DNA of 64,000 nucleotides, from the NCBI GenBank assembly GCA_947504225.1, contig CANNGT010000003.1:56288-120287 (forward strand), read 5' to 3'. This DNA comes from Brumimicrobium ulvae (lineage in GTDB: Bacteria; Bacteroidota; Bacteroidia; Flavobacteriales_D; Crocinitomicaceae). A program made the position numbers and the translations under genes. Below the pieces are notes generated by a model. That model was given only the letters and a program-made list of their open reading frames with translations, was not told the DNA's origin and made no database searches. Shown here in pieces: positions 55,901-64,000 of this stretch. Position 1 is the first letter of the stretch. Every line of letters starts with the position of its first letter.

Positions 55901-58149
55901 TATTTCAATTCTGTTGTAATCGCCAATTTCAATCCTTTCTCCAATCCATTGTAACGGATTTCTACGAATCCTACCTGATGCCCTGTCAATTCCTTTGTAT
56001 CAAACACCACATTGATTGGTGTCGTTTCGCCAGGAATTAATTCATTGTCATTGTATTCGAAAGTTATCGCCTCTCCAGAAACAACCACCTCATCAATCTT
56101 TATATTCTGCTCTCCAATATTCTTAAGGATGAATTGTTTCTCTATTCTATCCCCTGTGCTTTTAGTACCAGCATCATGTACCAGGGTGTTTGCTGTTAAC
56201 AGCGTAGTTAAGACATCATCTTGTCGAATCACATCAACACTTTGAATTTCAATTTTTCGTTCTATCGCAGCAGCACGAGAATACACTGAGTTCTTTTGGT
56301 CGTTTGGATTATCACTGACTATTTGGTCTGCTTCATACTCTCCAAAAGGCACTTGGGTAATTCTTAGCGCCCCACCATTCTCCGCAGTTTCATCCAAGTA
56401 TTTTCGGAAAACGCCATTATCATAAGCCCTCAAATAATTGACCATGGAGGCAATTCTACGTTTGGTCAAGTTGACATTATAATCTGTTTTCGCTAATGGA
56501 CTTGCAAATCCTTTAACGGTCAACTCGATTTTTCTTCCTCTATCTAATTCTATCAAAAGTAAATCTCTAAACTGGATTAAGTCACGCACTCCTTGATCCA
56601 CATATTCAGTAAAGAAATCCTCAATATCGTCTTTGGCATCATCGGAACGCTCTCCTCGTAATCCTGAAGAGTATTCCTTTTTATACTGGTCTATCATCGC
56701 CGTATACTCATTATAGCTATCAATATAATTAACATTAGAAGTGGTGTCCCATGAACGAGGATTAGGCACATCATTATGAAAATACAAAGTTACAGGTAAC
56801 CTGCGGTTTAAATCCTCCAAAGACTCTTCAATTGTAGGAGGTAAATCGATTAACTTCTCCCTAACCATAAAGATATCACTACAACAGGTTGGGTTTTTGC
56901 TGTAGTTACTTCCCAAACGATTCGAACTAAAAAAAGCGGTATCTTTAGTTGCGGTTTGAAAGTAATACAAATCATTGGCTGGTGAATTGATTGGTTCCAT
57001 TAAGTTTTCAGGCGTTTCAAAAGAAGTGTTATAGTAGGACTTAAAAATATCATATCCACCAAATCCATCATACCAAGAACTACTGAAGTACAAGGTCGTG
57101 TTTTCACTGTCCCAATAGGGTGACAATTCATTATCTGCAGTGTTAATCCTTTTGATGTTTCTTGGTTTTTGAAACTGATTTCCATTCTTAATAAAGCTAT
57201 ACCAGATATCCATTCCTCCCCTTCCTCCTTCACGGTCTGATGCATAAAACAGGACTTCGCTCCCCTCCCATTCTCCAATGTATGGCATTGTTGTATTCGC
57301 GCCTTCATAGTTAATGATGCTTCCTAAGGTATCCACATCGACAAAGCGATCACCTTCAACGTAAGCCACTAAAATCTTACATTTATAATTATAGCCGTCA
57401 TCCCCACAATAACTAAAGTAAAAACGTTTATGATCTAAGCTAAACGTACCATTACCGGTATGTACACCATCCCAATGGAGGTCACTGATTAACTCCTCTT
57501 CGGCGAATGCACTGTCGTTAATTGCTGAACGGTAAAGGTGCGTGCTATAAGATGGATCGTAAACTTCTTCAGCTGTTCCAACAGAATCTGCACGTAAAGA
57601 AGAAAAAATCAATTGATTATTGAATACTCGGTGTCCAAACTCGGCATTGGCAGTATTGATATGATCAGGAAGAGCTTCAAACACATGATGAGTGGAATCC
57701 CCTTGATTTGATTTCGCCCAAACGCAGGACTGCATTTCCACCCTACTCTTGCGGTATAAATATCCTCTTGGATCTTTTCGGTATTTCTTTTTGGCGGTTT
57801 TAAAAACTTCCAATGCTTCGTCATATCTTCCCGATTGTTTGAGCATCAATCCATATTGTAATAAACTTGAAGGATAGAGCTGAGTACCTTCTCTATCATA
57901 AACTTTCCCATAGTAAAAAGCCGCTTTTCGATAATCTTTGTAAGCTCTTAAAGTCTCGGCATACTCCCATAGCGTATTTATGGTATTGGAATCAATAGCC
58001 ATTGCCTTTTCATAATATTCCAAGGCGTAGATGTAATCTCCAGAAGCATATTTCTCCTGAGCAAATTCAAGATATTTCTTTAGCTCTTGCTGGGCTGACA
58101 AAGCTGTAGAGAAGAAAACCATTAATATGACTATATATAATCTGGACAT
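55900..58149 (-). CDS. PorE-like protein: TPR + PD40 propeller + degenerate OmpA-like domain + DUF1573-like Ig domain
   Basis: YYEKAMAID TPRs; FYASDREGGRGGMDIW and FSSSWYDGFGGYDIF PD40 repeats; GFASPLAKTDYNVNLTKRR; C-terminal LKNIG...LIPGET. Confidence 0.75.
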   Translation of the reverse strand: MSRLYIVILMVFFSTALSAQQELKKYLEFAQEKYASGDYIYALEYYEKAMAIDSNTINTLWEYAETLRAYKDYRKAAFYYGKVYDREGTQLYPSSLLQYGLMLKQSGRYDEALEVFKTAKKKYRKDPRGYLYRKSRVEMQSCVWAKSNQGDSTHHVFEALPDHINTANAEFGHRVFNNQLIFSSLRADSVGTAEEVYDPSYSTHLYRSAINDSAFAEEELISDLHWDGVHTGNGTFSLDHKRFYFSYCGDDGYNYKCKILVAYVEGDRFVDVDTLGSIINYEGANTTMPYIGEWEGSEVLFYASDREGGRGGMDIWYSFIKNGNQFQKPRNIKRINTADNELSPYWDSENTTLYFSSSWYDGFGGYDIFKSYYNTSFETPENLMEPINSPANDLYYFQTATKDTAFFSSNRLGSNYSKNPTCCSDIFMVREKLIDLPPTIEESLEDLNRRLPVTLYFHNDVPNPRSWDTTSNVNYIDSYNEYTAMIDQYKKEYSSGLRGERSDDAKDDIEDFFTEYVDQGVRDLIQFRDLLLIELDRGRKIELTVKGFASPLAKTDYNVNLTKRRIASMVNYLRAYDNGVFRKYLDETAENGGALRITQVPFGEYEADQIVSDNPNDQKNSVYSRAAAIERKIEIQSVDVIRQDDVLTTLLTANTLVHDAGTKSTGDRIEKQFILKNIGEQNIKIDEVVVSGEAITFEYNDNELIPGETTPINVVFDTKELTGHQVGFVEIRYNGLEKGLKLAITTELK

Positions 58150-59129
58150 ACTCTATGTTTTATAAGCTTTGGGTTAAATCTGTGAATGATATATCGTAAA
58201 CTGAACTCAATTCCTCCTCTTGCTCTACTTGCAGGTACTAAACTTGAAGTATTGATGTCATAAGAAATTCCTGCCCACCAATTTTGATATTCCATTCCTG
58301 CTGAAAGATAAAAAGCATCACTACTTCGCATATAGATTCCACCCATAATAGCGCGATAAACCCCTAGTCGATCAACTAAAATGTAACGGGCTTGAGAACC
58401 TAGAATCAACTCTCGGTATTTCCCTTGAAGATTCAGTTGAATACTCGGCAAAATATCCCAATCAATTCCGATTTTATACTCTGCTCTTGCGAAAAAATTA
58501 AAACGCAAATCTCTTTTTACCTCATCGCCAAAGAAACCTTGATTAGGTCGGTTGATATTAAATAATCCAACTCCTGTAACTATCCGCTCACGCTTTCCCT
58601 TTTGAAATTCATAAGCAGCACCAAGCCCCCAAGTAAAATTGGTTTTCCTTTCAGATTGGAACACTTCATTTGTAGACAATGACGGATCATATTGTTGTCC
58701 GTTCCATTGATTGTCAAAACTAAAAGCTGTAGCATCAAACGACCTAAAATTTATTCCAAACTGAACACCCGGTCTAAACAAATGTGTAGAATCAGGGGTA
58801 AGTTTATAGGTATATGAAATGGAAGGCATAAACTCAATTGTTCTAAAGGAACCATCTCCAGCAACATCATTCATAAGAATTGCGCCAAGGTTAAAGTCTT
58901 TATAAATCTGTTTGGCTTCACCCGAAATTGAGAAGGTTTGAAAAGGCACCGTTACATTCCTCCATTGGTCCCTCAGATTTGCATGAATTCGATAATCACC
59001 ATGAAATCGCCCCACATTCGCAGGGTTTTGGAATACAGGATTATGATCAAACTGCGACCAATGGATGTCCTGCGAGTAACTATAATTAGCCCACAGCAAT
59101 ACAACAAATATGTATTTAATTGCTTTCAA
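58131..59129 (-). CDS. PorP/SprF family T9SS outer-membrane protein
   Basis: SQDIHWSQF...NPANVG...RDQW; SYDINTSSL...GGIEFSL; TTG start immediately after the upstream TAA. Confidence 0.9.
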   Translation of the reverse strand: MKAIKYIFVVLLWANYSYSQDIHWSQFDHNPVFQNPANVGRFHGDYRIHANLRDQWRNVTVPFQTFSISGEAKQIYKDFNLGAILMNDVAGDGSFRTIEFMPSISYTYKLTPDSTHLFRPGVQFGINFRSFDATAFSFDNQWNGQQYDPSLSTNEVFQSERKTNFTWGLGAAYEFQKGKRERIVTGVGLFNINRPNQGFFGDEVKRDLRFNFFARAEYKIGIDWDILPSIQLNLQGKYRELILGSQARYILVDRLGVYRAIMGGIYMRSSDAFYLSAGMEYQNWWAGISYDINTSSLVPASRARGGIEFSLRYIIHRFNPKLIKHRVCPDYI

Positions 59130-62100
59130 TTATCGAATAAGTGTAATGTTTCCTTTGATTAAGAATTCCTGTCCATCAATACAATGGCCTTCCAAATAAT
59201 AGTCATACACATCTGGATCGAGTAGTTTACCTCTAAAAGTTCCATCCCATCCACTGTGCATTGTAGTGGTTTCATAAACAAGTTCTCCCCAACGGTTATA
59301 AACCCTAAATAAGACATCCTCCACAATCAAACTTCTGAGATAAAGTACATCATTCTCGCCATCTCCATTTGGTGTAAATGCATTGGGTACAAAAATAAAT
59401 GGTTCTTCACAAGTATACGGGAAAGCATTGACCAAAACGGAAGAGGTTTTCGTACAAATCCCATCCGAAACAGATACCGTAAAGTTGGTCGTCTCCCAAA
59501 CAGTAGCATCTGTTTCTTGAGCATTCGGATTGCTGATATCATCGGAAGGAGTCCATGTATACGTATAACCACTCGGCTCTGCATTTAGAGTTACCTCTCC
59601 TCCAACTGGAACATTGGTTTCTGAAGCCGTTGCAATAACACTTGAAGCATCGATATTACTTACTGAAATCAAAATTGAATCTGTTACCCAACAGCCATTA
59701 CTTGCTTGTGCTGTTAAAACCAAATATTGTGTTCCATTCGGTTGTACGGTCACCACAGCTGTTCCATCTCCTGAGACTATGATGGAGTCTTGAGACCAAT
59801 CAAAATTACTAAAAGTAACTCCTGGATCACTACTAGAAGCTGTTATGACAGTCTCATCACCCAAGCACAAGTTAATAGCTCCTGTGAGAACCATACTAGC
59901 GCTCGTGAAATTAACCAAGACACTATCCACCACTTTACATCCTTTATTTGATGCCATTATATAATAGTATCCCGCCACAGGATCATTAATTACCGCAATC
60001 GAATCTGCTGTTGTTGCATTTAAAGTATCTGTAAAATTATTGTTTGTTGACCACACAAAAGAAGTTGCTGTTCCGTTTGCATCTGCAGTTAATGTTATTG
60101 GCGCAGGGTCGCACAGATTAATATCTGGAATGCTTTCTAAATCAAGTTCTGGATAAACTTCAATGGTGATAAAAGCAGAATCTGTAATTAGACAAATTGA
60201 ATCTGTTACTGTTAACATAACATTATACACACCAGGCGTTGTATACGTAATAACAGGTTCAAAAGTTGTTGAATCCACATCTCCATTTCCAAAATCCCAC
60301 ATATAACTGTCAGAATCAGAGGAGAAATTTTCAAAACTTACCACAAACGGGGAACAACCTATAGAATTATCAGTAGTAAACTCTGCATTTGGAATTAATC
60401 CAAAATCAAATTTAAAAGTCAATGCATTACACCCTGTTGAAAGGTTATTGTTTGACCATGCATCTGGAGAAGTCGGGAAGTCGCTATTGGCCCAACACCC
60501 ACCACAAACTGCTTGATACACCACACCATTCTTATCGAATCGACTCGTACCACCATCAACATGTTCCTTAGAAGCGTTTCCTCCTAAATAGGTGGCATAA
60601 AGCAAACTATTGAATTCCCGTTCAAACACCACCAAGTAAAAATCAAACCCATTCGGTGATGTTGCTTGATAAGCGTCAGATGTTACTGGCATACCACCCA
60701 TAGCTGGAGAACCTTGTAGCACGCTCCCTCCCCAGCCAGAAACATACATATTTCCACATATATCAACAAGGAAAGCAGAAGGTGAAATATCAAAGGTACT
60801 GCCTCCACTTCCGAAAACTGTAGAAGCTTCTATACCTAGTAGATCTGGATCTAACTTGGCAATAAACTGACCAGAATTAGGGTTGGAATAAGCAGCATTG
60901 ATTACGGGGAAAGTTCCACCATTACTTTGTCCTAAAACAAAAATATTATCCAATCGATCTATTTCAACAAAAAACACTTGATCATAATCGGGTGTTCCAA
61001 TATAGGTTGCATTCAACAAAGTAAATCCATCGGGTGAAAGTTTACCGATAAACCCATCGGCTTTTCCACCTGAATAAGTTCCTTGATATACCCCAGCCGT
61101 GGTAATTAAATCGGTAGAAGTAGTTCCCCCTGCGAATACCATATTGTAACTAGAGTCAATTTTCACAGAATAAATAGCATCTGTTTTTGTTCCTCCATAG
61201 AAACTTGAAAAAAGCAAAGTTGAAAAATCATTTTTCACTTTAAACACTACGCCATCCTGTTGACCAGATAAAGTCGGTTGAAATGCATTTTGTGTTGGAA
61301 AGTTAGCAGAGCGCGTTGAGGAACCAACAATGATATTATTGACAGAATCCAACATGATTTCCCCTCTAAATTGATCTCCGTAATTCATCGTCAAACTGTC
61401 ATACGCACTAGCCGAATTATAATTCCCCGCACTAACGATGTAATTGATTCCATCATTCTTATCACCACCAACATAAGTTGAGCCCAGCAAATTATGTCCA
61501 TTCGCACTGAACTTTGCAACATAAATATCCGTTCCTTGGATTCCGTAATTCACCCCGTTATAGTTAACAGAAAAAGGTACACCACCGGCATGAGTTGACT
61601 GAAACCCATTAACTATAGGGAAATCTGTTGAAGAAGTAGAACCAAACACGTATACATTATCATCTTTATCACAAATTAAAGAATGAGGCACGTCAGTTCC
61701 TTGAGTATTATCTCCACCACCATAAAAAGTAGCCCACAACATGGTTGTACCATCAGGAGAATATTTTAATATAAAAGCATCCGTAGTAATCGAGTTCCCA
61801 ACATTTACTACAGTCAAGTTTGAGTTTACATCAAAAGCATTGGGGTCAGGCATAGGATGGGCATTTCCATAAACGGTTCCCCCTGTAAAAGCAGCTCCAT
61901 CACTTCCATAAGTTGCCGTCATTCCAAAATTATCTGATACCGCTCCGTTATAAGTAGCAAATACTAATGTTGGATCAATGACTAAATCAACACGTTTATT
62001 ATATTCTCCCAGTTCGAATGTCACGATATTTTCCTTCAAGACATAACGACAAGGGATTTCCACAATTTTCCCATTAACAATCTGATAAGCGTAAGGTTTT

Positions 62101-62702
62101 TCTTCTATAATATCCCCTAATTCAGTATGAATAATCAAGTTTCCTTTTTTATCAATCCTTAAATCTTTTTGATAGGAGTATTGCAACTGAATTTTATTGG
62201 TTTCTATATTTGGAGCAACAATAAATTCATATTTAATTTCTTTTTCTTGTTCTATAAATCGAAGGTCTACTCCTTCATAAATCTCCTTCAAAGTAAACTC
62301 CTCATAACCTTTCACGCCTGAAGCCCATTTTGTTTTATCATTTCCAATAAAGTAGTTATAATGGTGTTCAGTTGCTCCTAGCTTTTCAACTTCTGTAACT
62401 TCCAGTGCGTTTAAAAACTTTAGCTCGATTAACTTCTCACTATAGGTCAACTCTTTATCTGATTTAAAATCTGAGAAATGGGTTTCATGCAACATTGAAT
62501 AATCTTGCATTTGAAACAAAACCCGTCCTTGTTCCACCCACATATTTCCGCCATCAAATTTATTTTTAAAAAAAACATGGTCCTCCCACTGCCCTTTGTT
62601 TTCAATAAAGGTATGGTGAACGGAATGCACATGGCTCACTTCTTGACCTTTGACAGGATTGAATAGTAGTGTAATGAATAGTAAAAGTAAATAGCGATAC
62701 AT
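59130..62702 (-). CDS. Cell-surface beta-propeller (SBBP-like)/PKD protein with type B T9SS C-terminal domain
   Basis: Start at ATG 62702 (MYRYLLLL); FIENKGQW, LVIDPTLVFATY, repeated STY.GG..D units; C-terminal FVPNAFTPNGDGEND...GWDGTF. Confidence 0.9.
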   Translation of the reverse strand: MYRYLLLLFITLLFNPVKGQEVSHVHSVHHTFIENKGQWEDHVFFKNKFDGGNMWVEQGRVLFQMQDYSMLHETHFSDFKSDKELTYSEKLIELKFLNALEVTEVEKLGATEHHYNYFIGNDKTKWASGVKGYEEFTLKEIYEGVDLRFIEQEKEIKYEFIVAPNIETNKIQLQYSYQKDLRIDKKGNLIIHTELGDIIEEKPYAYQIVNGKIVEIPCRYVLKENIVTFELGEYNKRVDLVIDPTLVFATYNGAVSDNFGMTATYGSDGAAFTGGTVYGNAHPMPDPNAFDVNSNLTVVNVGNSITTDAFILKYSPDGTTMLWATFYGGGDNTQGTDVPHSLICDKDDNVYVFGSTSSTDFPIVNGFQSTHAGGVPFSVNYNGVNYGIQGTDIYVAKFSANGHNLLGSTYVGGDKNDGINYIVSAGNYNSASAYDSLTMNYGDQFRGEIMLDSVNNIIVGSSTRSANFPTQNAFQPTLSGQQDGVVFKVKNDFSTLLFSSFYGGTKTDAIYSVKIDSSYNMVFAGGTTSTDLITTAGVYQGTYSGGKADGFIGKLSPDGFTLLNATYIGTPDYDQVFFVEIDRLDNIFVLGQSNGGTFPVINAAYSNPNSGQFIAKLDPDLLGIEASTVFGSGGSTFDISPSAFLVDICGNMYVSGWGGSVLQGSPAMGGMPVTSDAYQATSPNGFDFYLVVFEREFNSLLYATYLGGNASKEHVDGGTSRFDKNGVVYQAVCGGCWANSDFPTSPDAWSNNNLSTGCNALTFKFDFGLIPNAEFTTDNSIGCSPFVVSFENFSSDSDSYMWDFGNGDVDSTTFEPVITYTTPGVYNVMLTVTDSICLITDSAFITIEVYPELDLESIPDINLCDPAPITLTADANGTATSFVWSTNNNFTDTLNATTADSIAVINDPVAGYYYIMASNKGCKVVDSVLVNFTSASMVLTGAINLCLGDETVITASSSDPGVTFSNFDWSQDSIIVSGDGTAVVTVQPNGTQYLVLTAQASNGCWVTDSILISVSNIDASSVIATASETNVPVGGEVTLNAEPSGYTYTWTPSDDISNPNAQETDATVWETTNFTVSVSDGICTKTSSVLVNAFPYTCEEPFIFVPNAFTPNGDGENDVLYLRSLIVEDVLFRVYNRWGELVYETTTMHSGWDGTFRGKLLDPDVYDYYLEGHCIDGQEFLIKGNITLIR

Positions 62703-62917
62703 AGTCCTAAAGATATACAAAAGTATCCAACAAAAACGCATATCTGACTGAATTTTAGGTTTACAATGACAGTTTAAGACAAGATGTCAGTTATTTACTT
62801 CATTTTTTAATAAAAATATGCCAAAAAGGAATAGAAAAACACGATTTTCCAGATGGCACAAAGATTGACTAAAGGGGATTGAGTTTGAATATTAAAATTG
62901 AAAAAACAAAAATTGAT

Positions 62918-64000
62918 ATGGGAAAAATAATTGGAATTGACTTAGGTACTACCAACTCTTGTGTTTCAGTGATGGAAGGTAATGAGCCAGTAGTAATTAC
63001 AAACGCAGAAGGAAAGCGTACAACACCTTCAATCGTGGCATTTGTAGAAGGAGGAGAACGTAAAGTTGGTGATCCAGCAAAACGTCAAGCCATTACAAAT
63101 CCACAAAAGACTATTTCTTCTATTAAACGATTCATGGGGGTAACTTTTGATGAAGTGAACAATGAAGATGGTCGTATGTCTTATGAAGTAGTAAAAGGAG
63201 ACAACAACACACCTCGTGTTAAAATAGATGACCGTACATATACACCACAAGAAATCTCTGCAATGATTCTTCAAAAAATGAAGAAAACAGCTGAAGATTA
63301 CTTAGGTCAAGAAGTTACAGAAGCAGTAGTTACTGTTCCTGCATACTTTAATGACTCTCAGCGTCAAGCAACAAAAGAAGCTGGTGAGATTGCAGGTTTA
63401 ACGATTAAAAGAATCATCAACGAACCTACAGCAGCGGCATTGGCATACGGATTAGATAAAAAGAATGTAGATCAAAAAGTTGCAGTATTTGACTTTGGTG
63501 GAGGTACTTTTGATATGTCTATCCTAGAATTAGGAGACGGTGTATTCGAAGTATTGGCTACAGATGGAGATACTCAATTAGGTGGTGATGATGTTGATGA
63601 AAGAATCATCAAATGGTTAGCTGAAGAATTCCAGAAAGATGAAGGAATTGACTTAAGAAAAGACCCGATGGCACTTCAACGTCTGAAAGAAGCTGCAGAA
63701 AAAGCAAAAATCGAGCTTTCTTCTTCTACATCTACAGAAATCAACTTGCCATACATCATGCCTGTTGATGGAATTCCTAAACACTTAGTAAGAACTTTAC
63801 CAAGAGCTAAATTCGAGCAATTAATTTCTGACATCGTTGAAAGAACTATTGAACCTTGTCGTAAAGCATTGAAAAACGCTGGACTATCTATAAGCGATAT
63901 AGACGAAGTTATCTTAGTAGGAGGTTCAACACGTATTCCAATCATTCAGGATGCTGTGAAAAACTTCTTCGGAAAAGATCCTTCAAAAGGAGTTAACCCT
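62918..64000 (+). CDS. dnaK: Chaperone DnaK (Hsp70), partial, runs off the window
   Basis: Not in the ORF track. [21 protein letters not shown]...[18 protein letters not shown]...[10 protein letters not shown]...LGGDD...LVGGSTRIP. Confidence 0.98.
   Translation, partial: MGKIIGIDLGTTNSCVSVMEGNEPVVITNAEGKRTTPSIVAFVEGGERKVGDPAKRQAITNPQKTISSIKRFMGVTFDEVNNEDGRMSYEVVKGDNNTPRVKIDDRTYTPQEISAMILQKMKKTAEDYLGQEVTEAVVTVPAYFNDSQRQATKEAGEIAGLTIKRIINEPTAAALAYGLDKKNVDQKVAVFDFGGGTFDMSILELGDGVFEVLATDGDTQLGGDDVDERIIKWLAEEFQKDEGIDLRKDPMALQRLKEAAEKAKIELSSSTSTEINLPYIMPVDGIPKHLVRTLPRAKFEQLISDIVERTIEPCRKALKNAGLSISDIDEVILVGGSTRIPIIQDAVKNFFGKDPSKGVNP

Noticed and set aside
10810-62741. Longest-ORF starts at 10810, 14965, 16188, 33575, 42668, 46871, 46907 and 62741
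   Set aside because: Downstream ATGs give proper signal peptides or family N-termini, and several extensions overlap promoters or neighbouring genes.
62745-62917. CIRCE element upstream of dnaK
   Set aside because: Consensus TTAGCACTC-N9-GAGTGCTAA is absent.
1117-63945. Short ORFs in the track lying antisense to, or out of frame within, well-supported genes (e.g. 1117-1353, 4236-4484, 12803-13099, 26107-26403, 49098-49385, 57000-57308, 63676-63945)
   Set aside because: Shadow ORFs of long coding frames with no recognisable motifs.
1-64000. Prophage, rRNA or classical riboswitches (TPP, cobalamin, SAM)
   Set aside because: No phage structural or integrase genes, rRNA-like sequence or riboswitch consensus recognised by eye.

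Overview
AT-rich bacterial chromosomal segment. TAnnTTTG-type promoters and T9SS/gliding genes point to Bacteroidota, probably Flavobacteriales (Crocinitomicaceae-like, an inference). It is mostly core genome: carB, tilS, pabB, pnp-rpsO, porU-porV-ispF, gldJ-murF, nth, pdhB, pfkA, a paaABCD cluster with two divergently transcribed paaE paralogs, and a partial dnaK. It also holds three PorP/SprF paralogs and several T9SS cargo genes. Accessory or unusual parts: (i) the region downstream of tRNA-Asp at the left end, with an SBD/HNH-like nuclease N-terminus, REP-like hairpins and a GIY-YIG gene bracketed by duplicated terminator repeats; (ii) a multi-hairpin leader upstream of tRNA-Asp; (iii) four intergenic inverted arrays of 7-bp units, one interrupted by a 632-bp doubly deleted IS3 derivative with intact ends; (iv) an in-frame chimera of a secreted PKD protein N-terminus and an ECF sigma C-terminus; (v) a CTD-B cargo / PorP / PorE-like triad with a degenerate OmpA motif. 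No CRISPR array, rRNA or prophage was seen. All calls come from reading motifs by eye; no database searches were run.
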